Below are positions 17,575 to 27,067 of a stretch of DNA of 33,681 nucleotides, piece by piece (positions within the stretch are counted from its first letter, which is position 1; each line of letters begins with the position of its first letter). The position numbers and the translations under genes were made by a program. Source of the DNA: Candidatus Bathyarchaeota archaeon (GTDB lineage: Archaea > Thermoproteota > CALKCG01 > B24 > DRYS01); contig JAGTQC010000010.1 in the NCBI GenBank assembly GCA_018396535.1, positions 1 through 33,681 on the forward strand, given 5' to 3'. The notes beneath the pieces were generated by a model that saw only the letters and a program-made list of their open reading frames with translations, searched no databases and was not told the origin of the DNA.

Positions 17575-18237
17575 ATGTCATCTAAACGCGAGGAGATTCT
17601 AGCTAGACTTCGCGATTGTATAGTGAACTTCGATATAGATGGTATAAAGGATGCTGCTAGAGAAGCTATAGAAGCTGGTATACCTGCTTATGAGGCTATA
17701 ATGGAGGGTATGGCTAAGGGTATGGATATAGTAGGTAGAAAGTATGAGGAGGGTGAGTACTTCCTAGCAGAATTGATTATGGCTGGTGAAACTATGAAGG
17801 AGGGGATGAAGATTCTAGAACCATATCTTAAAGCTGGGGATATACCTAAACTCGGTAGAGTTGTTATAGGAACGGTAGAGGGTGATCTACATGATATAGG
17901 TAAGAATATAGTTGTGACGCTTCTCTCAGCTTCAGGGTTCGATGTTATAGATCTAGGTGTAGATGTAACAGCTGATAAATTCGTAGAAGCTGTAAAGCAG
18001 TATAAGCCAGATATAGTCGGTATGTCTGCATTATTAACGACCACTATGGTTAATATGAAGAAGGTTATCGAAGCTTTAAAGGAAGCTGGACTTAGAGATA
18101 GTGTTAAGATAATAGTAGGAGGAGCACCTCTAACAGAAGAGTTTGCTAAAGAGATAGGCGCAGACGGATACGCACCTGACGCTGTCCTAGGTGTAGAGAT
18201 ATGTAAGAAGTGGGCTAGCACTGCGCGTAAAAAGTGA
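17575..18237 (+). CDS. Methyltransferase cognate corrinoid (B12-binding) protein, MtbC/MttC-like
   Basis: Cap domain (GMDIVGRKYEEGEYFLAELI), GTVEGDLHDIGKN (DxHxxG), DLGVDV, SALLTTT, VGGAP. Confidence 0.93.
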   Translation: MSSKREEILARLRDCIVNFDIDGIKDAAREAIEAGIPAYEAIMEGMAKGMDIVGRKYEEGEYFLAELIMAGETMKEGMKILEPYLKAGDIPKLGRVVIGTVEGDLHDIGKNIVVTLLSASGFDVIDLGVDVTADKFVEAVKQYKPDIVGMSALLTTTMVNMKKVIEALKEAGLRDSVKIIVGGAPLTEEFAKEIGADGYAPDAVLGVEICKKWASTARKK

Positions 18238-18299
18238 GTTTAGGAGGCTTCATTTAAATAGCCACCATATATCTTGCCTCAATTATAAGGGTTGAGCTG

Positions 18300-19658
18300 A
18301 TGGTTTTATTCACTATATCAGGGGTTAGAGGAGTATACGGATGCGATTTAACGTTAGAACTATGTACCGATATAGCCCTAGCCTATGGTAGTCTCCTACC
18401 CCCAGGTTCTACTATAGCTTTAGGAAGGGATAGCAGACCTACAGGGGCAGCTATATCTAATTGTGTAGCTTCAGCATTAGCTTCGACAGGATGTAATGTA
18501 ATCGATCTAGGTATGACCACCACCCCTTCGACAGCTTATATTACTAGGGTATTGAAGCTTGATGGAGCTATAATAGTTTCAGCATCTCATAATCCTCCTG
18601 AATGGAATGCTTTGAAATTTCTAGGATCACGTGGTATACCGTTGAATCAAAGAGCAGTCATAAACCTATACGAGAATGTATCTAATCGTAGGTTTAGGTG
18701 TATGGAACCTCTATCTATCGGACATATAAGGATGGCGGATTTAGAGGATTTATACTTACGCGGACTACTAGATCTAGTAGATAGGAATGTTATAGCTGGT
18801 AGAGGCTTGAAGACTGTTCTAGATGGGGGTGGAGGAGCTGGTGGGATTCTATCAGCTAGAGCTTTATCAGCTGTAGGCTGTAAAACCTTAACTATATCAT
18901 CTATAGGCGGCTTCTATCCTAGAGGTATAGAGCCTACACCTGAGAATCTAGAAAGGACGGCTAGCTTTATAAGAGAGGTTGGAGCGGATGTAGGGTTTGC
19001 ATACGATTGTGACGCTGATAGAGTTACGTTGATAACAGATGAAGGTGAAATTCTCCGAGAGGATTATACGTTAGCTTTAACGATCATGCATATTCTATCT
19101 AAGAGGAGGATAGATACCATAGTTGTGAATGTAGCTACATCTATGGCTATCGATGATATCGCTTCAAACTACGGCGTTAAGGTTCTAAGAGTAGCTGTCG
19201 GTGAAGCTAACGTAGTCGAAGCTATGCTTAAGATAGGAGCTGAAGTAGGAGGGGAGGGGAGTTGTGGTGGTGTTATACTATCATGGTTTAATATGGTTAG
19301 GGATGGGTTAGCATCGACTATGAACATCGTGGAGATGATAGCTTCAAGAAGGGAGGCTCTCTCAGATATAGTTAGAGATATCTCCAGATACTACCTATCT
19401 AGAGATAGGGTGGATTGTCCTAGAGAAATCACTGGCAAAGTTATGGATGAATTTAAGAGAATGGTTGAAGGTATGGATGTAGACTATATTGATGGTGTTA
19501 GAATAAAGTTTAAGGATGGATGGATCCTGGTTAGGCCGAGTGGGACAGAGCCTATAATAAGAGTAATGTGTGAATCTAGATCTAAGCTCGAAGCTGAACG
19601 TTTATGTAGAGATTATTCAGATAAAATTAGACGATTAGTTAGAGAGATCATATCATAG
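18300..19658 (+). CDS. Phosphohexomutase (phosphoglucosamine mutase / PMM-PGM family)
   Basis: SGVRG, GRDSR, VSASHNPPEWNALKF (phospho-Ser), DCDADR (metal loop), GGEGSCG, RPSGTEPIIR. Confidence 0.92.
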   Translation: MVLFTISGVRGVYGCDLTLELCTDIALAYGSLLPPGSTIALGRDSRPTGAAISNCVASALASTGCNVIDLGMTTTPSTAYITRVLKLDGAIIVSASHNPPEWNALKFLGSRGIPLNQRAVINLYENVSNRRFRCMEPLSIGHIRMADLEDLYLRGLLDLVDRNVIAGRGLKTVLDGGGGAGGILSARALSAVGCKTLTISSIGGFYPRGIEPTPENLERTASFIREVGADVGFAYDCDADRVTLITDEGEILREDYTLALTIMHILSKRRIDTIVVNVATSMAIDDIASNYGVKVLRVAVGEANVVEAMLKIGAEVGGEGSCGGVILSWFNMVRDGLASTMNIVEMIASRREALSDIVRDISRYYLSRDRVDCPREITGKVMDEFKRMVEGMDVDYIDGVRIKFKDGWILVRPSGTEPIIRVMCESRSKLEAERLCRDYSDKIRRLVREIIS

Positions 19659-19688
19659 ACCTATCCATGTTGAATTTGGAGGTGGAGT

Positions 19689-20639
19689 ATGAAAGAGGTA
19701 GATCAGGATAGGATAGCAGCTATAGTAGAGGAAGTTGGTAGAAGTGTAGTAGGTGTAGGAAGTGTTAGGCTAATCTACGATATGCTACTTCATCCCTACC
19801 CTGTTAAAGGCTTCGGATCAGGTATAATCATATCTAGGGATGGGTATATAGCTACGAATAATCATGTGATAGCTGGTGGTGAGAGGATCGAAGTTTTAAT
19901 GCCTGACGGTGATATACTTGAAGCTAGGATAATCGGATCTGATCCTTTGCTAGATATAGCTGTATTAAAGGTTGAAGCAGACAATTTGAATCCTATTAGA
20001 TGGGGTGATCCGAGTAGGCTTAGAGTTGGATACATAGTGTTAGCTATAGGCAGATCTCTAGGTCTTCCAGGTGAGCCTACGGTAACGCTAGGTATAGTGA
20101 GCGCTCTACATAGGAATATAAGTTCAGAGTATATATCGCTTCAAGATCTCATACAAACTGATGCTGCTATAAACCCCGGTAATAGTGGTGGACCGCTTGT
20201 AGATCTAGATGGAGAAGTTGTAGGTATGAATACGGCTATAATACCGTTCGCTCAAGGTATAGGTTTTGCTATACCTTCTGATAGGGTTAGGATGGCTGCT
20301 GAAGAGATAATAGCATATGGTAGGGTTAGGAGGGGATGGCTTGGTATAGTAGGTGTAACCTTGGATAGACGTATAGCTAGATACTACGGTGTAAAAATCG
20401 ATAGAGGAGTGCTAGTAGTTAAGGTTAGTCATGGAAGCCCAGCTTATAGAGCTGGTATAAAGGAGGGTGATGTGATAGTGAGTATAGGAGGATATAGGAT
20501 CGAGAATCTAGAGGAATTCCTAGCTCAACTCTACAAATATAGAGTAGGTGATCGAGTAGAGATAGATGTTGTGAGAGATGGTAATATACTTAAGTTCGAG
20601 TTAACATTGGTTCATCCGCCTAGACTGAGGGTTGAATAG
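19689..20639 (+). CDS. HtrA/DegP-family serine protease with one PDZ domain, no signal peptide
   Basis: GSGII, TNNHVI (His), DIAVLKV (Asp), IQTDAAINPGNSGGPL (Ser), PDZ GWLGI...SPAYRAGIKEGDVI. SD GGAGGTGG. Confidence 0.93.
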   Translation: MKEVDQDRIAAIVEEVGRSVVGVGSVRLIYDMLLHPYPVKGFGSGIIISRDGYIATNNHVIAGGERIEVLMPDGDILEARIIGSDPLLDIAVLKVEADNLNPIRWGDPSRLRVGYIVLAIGRSLGLPGEPTVTLGIVSALHRNISSEYISLQDLIQTDAAINPGNSGGPLVDLDGEVVGMNTAIIPFAQGIGFAIPSDRVRMAAEEIIAYGRVRRGWLGIVGVTLDRRIARYYGVKIDRGVLVVKVSHGSPAYRAGIKEGDVIVSIGGYRIENLEEFLAQLYKYRVGDRVEIDVVRDGNILKFELTLVHPPRLRVE

Positions 20640-20641
20640 GT

Positions 20642-23600
20642 ATGTGTAGAGCTAGGATGATACTACTTACATTGATAACAATCTTAACCATAGCTTCCTC
20701 ATTCACGGTTAACCCTATATGCTTACAACAGAGTAGTATAAGAATAGCTGGCAGGGTTTTAGACTCTGGAAACTCCCCTATAGCTAATTCTACTATTATA
20801 GCTTTGGATTTCTCATCATTTAGGAGGTATTATACATATAGTGATGAATATGGATACTACGAACTCATACTACCAGCTGAGAATCCTCTAGGCGCTCCAC
20901 CCGAATACATATTGTATGCTATCCACATAGATCCAGTAACAGGTTTACCAGACTATACTATAGGGATTTACCCTCAGAATCCATACGATCATAAATCTAG
21001 AGTTAAATATAGCTCAGATATAGATTTCAAGCTCTACTCTGCAGCTATAATAATGGTAGAGGGTAGTCCATGGTATATTGAATTCTTAGAGGAGCCGCTA
21101 TACTATACGGTAGAATTGATAGATCCATCGACGTTCAAAGCTATAAACCTAGCTAATACGATAGTCATCTATGGTAAACCACCATACGCCTATAGTGATA
21201 AACCTGACATTAGATTCCTCTTAGGATATACTATCGATCCTAGTATAGTCGTTCTACCTGCAGGTATGGATGTAATACTTAGAATAGAAGCCGGCTTCCG
21301 TAGGGAGATGAGGTTTAAGATCATAGATCATATTTATAGATTCATGGGTGAATACCCATTCAACCTACCTCCAGGTAGCATTACCTCGATAAACCTGGAT
21401 GAAGTATTTATGAGGTTCAATATAGATTATCTCAAAAGCGAGGCTGTAAGAATCCACGGTAAACTTGTAGAAGCTATGGAGGATGGATTCTTCGTAGGAG
21501 GTGAGTTACATGATCTCAATAAAGCTCTAGAAATCGTTAGAGAAGCGGAGGATAGGCTTAAAACTATAACCAGCTACGATGAATTAAGGAACATAAGGTT
21601 TAACTTCATCGAGCCGGCATACTACATGGTTAGGAGTATCGAGAATAGGATAAGCTACATGTATATAACAGCTGAAGCACAATATATATTCTTCCCATGG
21701 GTTCTATCACTATTCTCTCTAATATTCTCATTCTTCCTCTTCGATGAAGATAGACCTAAGATTATATGGTCTATCGCTATCTACGCTATCCTTATACTAT
21801 TCTTTTTAGCTGTCTATCCTACAGCTTACAAGATATTATCGAAGAATGCTATACTAGAGATACTAGATCTGATACGTTTAGAGGTATCTAACACATGGCT
21901 GCTAACTCTAAGCTCTATGATATCCTTCATTATTCTATCGCTTATATTCCTATACGCTCCTAGAAAGCAGTTTGGTGTAGAGATCACTGGTAAAGCATCT
22001 GTTAGAGAAATCTTCTCGGCTATAGCTTCGATAGCTAAGAGGAATGTTAAGAGAAGGAAGATTAGAGGATTCTTCTCTATAATAACAGTAGCTATACTCG
22101 TCTTCAGCTTCACAACGTTGACATCTATAGCTTGGGTTTATGGTCTTACGACAATCGATGTTAGGCCTCCAGCTAAATCTATGGAAGGCATACTGGTAAG
22201 GAAAACCCCAGTAAACCTTGAATCACCAATTCTCACGACGCATATGATGACACGATCAGAAGTCGAAGGTATAGTAGATATCGTAGGAGGTAGGGTAGCT
22301 ATTAAAGCTCAGAATATACCTCTAAGCACTCCTTTATTCATCGTTAAGACTAGGTATAGCGAAGCGGAGATATATGGGGTTATAGGACTGGATCTAGATG
22401 ATAAAGCTACAGATATAGGTTCATACATAGCAAAGCGGATGATAGTTTTAGATACTAACGATACCATATTAGTTCCAGAATCCCTAGCTAGAAAGCTTGG
22501 TATAGATATCGGAGACTCGATCGACTTATACCTGATTAGAGCAGCTGAAGCAGTCCATATGGGTAGGTATATAGTCGTAGCTATCGTTAGAGATGATTAT
22601 TTCAGAGCTAGCGATATCGATGGCTCTAGGATAGTACCGTTAAGATTGAGAGGAGGTGAACTTAAACCTCTCGAACCTGAAGAAGTTTTAATCCTAACCT
22701 CTAAAAGAGCTCTAGATATAGATCCTGAAAGGATACATGTAGCTAGGATATACATCGATATACCCGTTGATGACCGTAGAGTTCAGGATGCTATTAGAGT
22801 CCTAGCTATGAAGGGTTATATCATATTCCAGTTCCATGCGGGTAGAGCTAAAGCTACGTATATAGATATGGTTCTAGAAGTTAGAGGTATAGTAGAGTTT
22901 CTGGTACCATTCACACTAGTACTACTGAATACTTTATCCGTATTCGTACAGATAGCTTATGAGAGGGAGAGGGAGCTCAAAATCCTAGCAACCTTAGGGT
23001 TGACACCTGGGCATATAGCTGCTCTATTCATACTGGAATCTATGGTCATAGGTGCCGTAGGTGGGGGTATAGGTTATCTATCAGGTTTGGGAGCGTATAA
23101 GCTGATAGCGCTTCTAGGTGAGCAATGGCAGATAGGTGTTAGGGAGAAGCTTGAATGGTATTGGAGTATTATAGGTTTAGCCGTAGCATTATCTGTAACA
23201 TTTCTATCTGCTGTTAAATCTGCTTTTGAAGCTGCAGCTAAGGTTACACCATCTATGGTTAGGAGGGTTAAGCTTAAACCTGAGGAGAGGGTTGAGAGGG
23301 AGAAAGCTATACTTAAAGCATATGAGGAACATAGCTTCATAATGCCTGTTAAAGTTAGGTCTAATGAATTAGTATTCTTCGAAGGATACATATTGGATAC
23401 ACTTAAATCCATGAAATCTCTATTCATGGAGAGTGTATCAGATATCAGAGTGTATAAGGAGGAACCGAGGATCGAGGATCAACCTATACCTGAGGAGAAT
23501 ATAGAATTCAAGTATAGGTTTACGGAGAGGACTGAAACTTATGAGGTAATATGTAGGTTAAGTCTACTCTATAGGAAGGATTCCAGGGATTACAGTGTAA

Positions 23601-23725
23601 TATTGAAGTGTAAACCAGCATATCCAGGTATGCCGTACTATACGTTAGAATATGCCGCTAGAACAGTTAGAAGGATAATACTTGAGTGGGTTAGAGTAAA
23701 GGATAGAATCATAGGGCCGATCTAG
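20642..23725 (+). CDS. Giant FtsX/MacB-like ABC permease with N-terminal carboxypeptidase-regulatory-like domain
   Basis: Signal peptide, IAGRVLDSGNSPIANSTI...YSDEYGYYEL, helical region, TM bundle, AKRNVKRRKIR (MacB-type entry), extracellular loop, ERERELKILATLGLTP...LESMVIG (FtsX motif), soluble C-terminal domain. Confidence 0.8.
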   Translation: MCRARMILLTLITILTIASSFTVNPICLQQSSIRIAGRVLDSGNSPIANSTIIALDFSSFRRYYTYSDEYGYYELILPAENPLGAPPEYILYAIHIDPVTGLPDYTIGIYPQNPYDHKSRVKYSSDIDFKLYSAAIIMVEGSPWYIEFLEEPLYYTVELIDPSTFKAINLANTIVIYGKPPYAYSDKPDIRFLLGYTIDPSIVVLPAGMDVILRIEAGFRREMRFKIIDHIYRFMGEYPFNLPPGSITSINLDEVFMRFNIDYLKSEAVRIHGKLVEAMEDGFFVGGELHDLNKALEIVREAEDRLKTITSYDELRNIRFNFIEPAYYMVRSIENRISYMYITAEAQYIFFPWVLSLFSLIFSFFLFDEDRPKIIWSIAIYAILILFFLAVYPTAYKILSKNAILEILDLIRLEVSNTWLLTLSSMISFIILSLIFLYAPRKQFGVEITGKASVREIFSAIASIAKRNVKRRKIRGFFSIITVAILVFSFTTLTSIAWVYGLTTIDVRPPAKSMEGILVRKTPVNLESPILTTHMMTRSEVEGIVDIVGGRVAIKAQNIPLSTPLFIVKTRYSEAEIYGVIGLDLDDKATDIGSYIAKRMIVLDTNDTILVPESLARKLGIDIGDSIDLYLIRAAEAVHMGRYIVVAIVRDDYFRASDIDGSRIVPLRLRGGELKPLEPEEVLILTSKRALDIDPERIHVARIYIDIPVDDRRVQDAIRVLAMKGYIIFQFHAGRAKATYIDMVLEVRGIVEFLVPFTLVLLNTLSVFVQIAYERERELKILATLGLTPGHIAALFILESMVIGAVGGGIGYLSGLGAYKLIALLGEQWQIGVREKLEWYWSIIGLAVALSVTFLSAVKSAFEAAAKVTPSMVRRVKLKPEERVEREKAILKAYEEHSFIMPVKVRSNELVFFEGYILDTLKSMKSLFMESVSDIRVYKEEPRIEDQPIPEENIEFKYRFTERTETYEVICRLSLLYRKDSRDYSVILKCKPAYPGMPYYTLEYAARTVRRIILEWVRVKDRIIGPI

Positions 23726-23727
23726 AC

Positions 23728-25266
23728 TTGAAGATAACTAGGAAGGTTATCGTAGCGATAAGTATGCTTTTAATCTCCATAGCGTTACGATTATACCTTA
23801 TAGATGAAACTAGTATAATGCCTGATGAACCTATATACGTCGAGGCTGGTAGGAGATATGTAGACGGATTTGGAAGGATGGATTTTAGATACGATATTTG
23901 GAGCTATAATGCTGAACATCCACCAATAGCTAAATTACTCATAGGCTTAACCCAATTATCTTTTTGTCATATACTCGGAGGAGATACGCATGCATTATAC
24001 CTTTCGTCTAGGATATCCTCAGTAATAGCAGGATCACTCATACCGTTATCAATCTATCTCCTAGGATCACCTATCTATGGTGAACTCACATGTTTAATAG
24101 CGGGTTTAGCGATAGCTTTATCCCCATGGATGATCTACCATTCGACTTTAGCTACACTAGATATATTTGCATCACTTTTCACAACTATAAGCTTCCTAAC
24201 GTTATACTATGTTAAACCTGATAATAAGATGTATATTCTACTAGGCATATTCTCTGGTTTAGCTATAGGATCAAAGGGGACGGCGATAATATGTATAATA
24301 GGTATTCTACTATACTTGATTCTAAACTATATATTTGGAGGCGAGCGTAGAAATTTAGGCAAACTACTTGTTAGATTATTAGCATCTATCTTTATCGCCA
24401 TCTTGACTTTCATAGTTACATGGCCATGGTTATGGCCCAATCCTTTAGAAAGAGGGTTATGGGTTTTAGAATTCCATGCATCGCATATGGCTAGAGGTCA
24501 TACTACATTCTATGCTGGTAACGTATATACACACGTACCCCCATGGGTGCCTATCTATATAATCTACGTTAAGAATCCGTTGGTTACTACTATATCCGTA
24601 ATCCTATTTGTAGGCTACATAGCTAAAGCTTTGATTAAACGTAAGCATAACAGAGGGGATTTACTTATAGCTTCATGGTTACTTGGAGGTATAGCTACAT
24701 ACTCATCGTTCTCGATCATACTAGGTGACCATTATATACTACCGCTAGCACCAGCCATATACATATCCAATATATACGCAGCAACTACGATTACCAAATG
24801 TAAGAAAACCATATACAGAAATCTAGGCTTAATCATCATAGCATCTACTATAGCTAGCCTAGGATCCGGATTGTATAGGTATAGAGAGGCACCGGGAGCC
24901 TATGTAAACGAGGTTATAGCTAGAGGCGATGAAGCTATAATAATGATAGATACAGGCTACGAAGATATCGCAGACTATATGAGTAAACTATCATCTATTA
25001 ACGAGTATGTAGTTGTAGCAACACCATACTATCCCAATATCCTTGAAATAGATTTTAGACGTAAAGGTTTAGATAGAGTATTAGTCATCGATATGAGTTC
25101 GATAGGATATGCAGATTATGCTGTTGTACCAGTACTCTATGCTCGTAGATATGGTATACCTAAAGCGATTTTAGATAGGTTTCATCTAATCTATACTATT
25201 ACGTCCGGTAATACCATATTAGCATATATCTTTGAAGCTAATAAGACTATGGATAAATATATGTAA
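23728..25266 (+). CDS. GT-C lipid-carrier glycosyltransferase (GT39/PMT/ArnT-like)
   Basis: PDEPIYV catalytic DE loop, EHPPIAKLLIG, GLAIGSK, many TM helices. TTG start 2 nt after the permease stop. Confidence 0.85.
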   Translation: MKITRKVIVAISMLLISIALRLYLIDETSIMPDEPIYVEAGRRYVDGFGRMDFRYDIWSYNAEHPPIAKLLIGLTQLSFCHILGGDTHALYLSSRISSVIAGSLIPLSIYLLGSPIYGELTCLIAGLAIALSPWMIYHSTLATLDIFASLFTTISFLTLYYVKPDNKMYILLGIFSGLAIGSKGTAIICIIGILLYLILNYIFGGERRNLGKLLVRLLASIFIAILTFIVTWPWLWPNPLERGLWVLEFHASHMARGHTTFYAGNVYTHVPPWVPIYIIYVKNPLVTTISVILFVGYIAKALIKRKHNRGDLLIASWLLGGIATYSSFSIILGDHYILPLAPAIYISNIYAATTITKCKKTIYRNLGLIIIASTIASLGSGLYRYREAPGAYVNEVIARGDEAIIMIDTGYEDIADYMSKLSSINEYVVVATPYYPNILEIDFRRKGLDRVLVIDMSSIGYADYAVVPVLYARRYGIPKAILDRFHLIYTITSGNTILAYIFEANKTMDKYM

Positions 25267-25313
25267 ACCGTTATTAAGATCTAGCGTGATACTATGTATA
25301 TGGTGATTTAGCT

Positions 25314-26138
25314 CTGAAGCCTTTCAAACTAGGGTTTATAACAGATGAGTATAGCCAGGACTTAGATGAGGTTATAAAGTTCGCTCTAGAAGTCGGAGCT
25401 GAGCATCTAGAGATAAGGAGTGTATGGAATAAGAATGTTAAAGATCTGACAGATGAAGATCTAAGAGTTATTAGGAGGTTGGCTTCGCAGAATGGTTTAC
25501 AGATATACTGTCTAGCTTCACCCTTATTCAAGGAGCCTATAGAGACGTATGAAGCTCATATGGCTATGCTAGATAGACTCTGCGATATAGCTCAGATGCT
25601 TGACGCTAAGTATATAAGATGCTTCGCTTTCGTCGGTTCTACAGATTTGTACGAGAAGATGAAGGTAGAGATAGCGGATAAGCTTAAAGCTGCAGCTGAG
25701 GTTGCAGATGAGTCTGGCTTAAAACTCGTATTGGAGAATGAACCTATATGCATAGTTACTACTGGTAGACAACAAGGTGATCTCATAAGACTCGTCGGAC
25801 ATAGAGCATTACTAGCTACATGGGATCCTGGGAATGCATACGTATCCGGTGTAGAAAAACCCTATCCAGATGACTACACGTATGTGAGAGGTCTAGTAGG
25901 ACATATGCATGTTAAAGATGCTGTTAGAGAGGATGGGAAGGCTAGGATAGTTAAAGTCGGATCCGGGAATATAGATTATAAAGGGCAGTTTAAGGCTTTA
26001 TATGAAGATGGATTTAGAGGAACTATATCTCTAGAGACGCATTACAGGCATCCTACCGGAGGTAGAATGGAGGCTACTAGAGAGAGCTTCATAGCTTTGA
26101 AGAATATAGTAAGAGAGGCTTTAGGATTAGAGGAGTAG
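25314..26138 (+). CDS. Sugar phosphate isomerase/epimerase (xylose-isomerase-like TIM barrel); probable CTG start
   Basis: Frame extends upstream of the track's TTG (25479) as LKPFKLGFITDEYSQDLDEVIKFA...EIRSVWNKNV. Metal motifs LENEP, WDPGN, HMHVKD, SLETH. GGTGA lies 7 nt before the CTG. Confidence 0.85.
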   Translation: MKPFKLGFITDEYSQDLDEVIKFALEVGAEHLEIRSVWNKNVKDLTDEDLRVIRRLASQNGLQIYCLASPLFKEPIETYEAHMAMLDRLCDIAQMLDAKYIRCFAFVGSTDLYEKMKVEIADKLKAAAEVADESGLKLVLENEPICIVTTGRQQGDLIRLVGHRALLATWDPGNAYVSGVEKPYPDDYTYVRGLVGHMHVKDAVREDGKARIVKVGSGNIDYKGQFKALYEDGFRGTISLETHYRHPTGGRMEATRESFIALKNIVREALGLEE

Positions 26139-26930
26139 AGATCTCCTATAAGAATCCTCAATATAGTTTTTAGTAAACGATAATTCCTCAAACGGCTTCT
26201 CTCCCAATCTAGCTTCTATCGATAGATATCCTCTATAGCCTATCTCGTTTAGCGTTCTGAATATCTTAGAAAAGTCTATGACACCTCTACCTGGCACACG
26301 CATATTCTCATCTGCGATATGTATATGGATAAGACGTTTAGCTACAGCTCTAAGAGAGTCTAGTACGCTATCCTCCTCGCGAATCATATGTCTAACATCT
26401 GCTAGAACCATAAGGTAGTCTGATCCTATGGATTCAGCTATCTCATAGGCTTCTAAAACAGAGTTTATAAAGTTACTCTCCCTCTTAGAGAGCGGCTCTA
26501 TAGCGAATACAACCCCGTATTCTTCCCCAGCTCTACTAGCCTCCCTCAATACGGCTAGATTCCTCTCCCTAGCCACATCTACAGGTATATCTGGAGGTAT
26601 GTTTCTAGCATGCGACGAACCCCAGACTAGTATCCCACAATTTACTTCAGCAGCTGCTTCAGCTAATCTCCAAGTATACTCTATACTTTTCATCCTGGTA
26701 GACTCATCGTTAGATGTATGCTGTAGACCTCTAGGATATATAACGTTCGATGCTACTATCTTAAGACCATAAGATTCTACCAGTTCCTTTAACTTTATTC
26801 TATCCTCTCTAGATACAGTATAGGGGTTTAACTGTAGAGAACCAGGTATTTCTACCCCCTGGAATCCTAGCTTAGAAAGCATCTCCAAATTACTCTTAGA
26901 GGCTTGCATACAGCATGCGAGTTTAAACAT
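26127..26930 (-). CDS. Sugar phosphate isomerase/epimerase, ketohexose 3-epimerase-like
   Basis: GFQGVEI, AIEPLSKRES, DVRHM, HIHIADENMRVPGRG.IDF, YLSIE. Confidence 0.85.
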   Translation of the reverse strand: MFKLACCMQASKSNLEMLSKLGFQGVEIPGSLQLNPYTVSREDRIKLKELVESYGLKIVASNVIYPRGLQHTSNDESTRMKSIEYTWRLAEAAAEVNCGILVWGSSHARNIPPDIPVDVARERNLAVLREASRAGEEYGVVFAIEPLSKRESNFINSVLEAYEIAESIGSDYLMVLADVRHMIREEDSVLDSLRAVAKRLIHIHIADENMRVPGRGVIDFSKIFRTLNEIGYRGYLSIEARLGEKPFEELSFTKNYIEDSYRRSLLL

Positions 26931-27067
26931 AACTAAACACCATCTAAACTTCTCCAGATCATATTATATATATCGTTTTCCCCTATCGCCTCATTAGCTC
27001 TACACATGTACCTAACGTTTATCTCTATATGACGGAGGCTATAGTTTGACTAAGCTCTAGATGAGGT

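Noticed and set aside
17575-18237. Pyrrolysine-dependent methylamine methyltransferase system
   Set aside because: No MttB/MtbB/MtmB or pyl genes, no in-frame TAG interrupting a gene, and TAG is the commonest true stop here.
1450-20639. A 'protein quality-control island' (TldDE, Lon-like, RqcH, HtrA, SRP RNA, EMC6-like)
   Set aside because: The genes are scattered on different strands among unrelated housekeeping genes; no sequence evidence of co-regulation.
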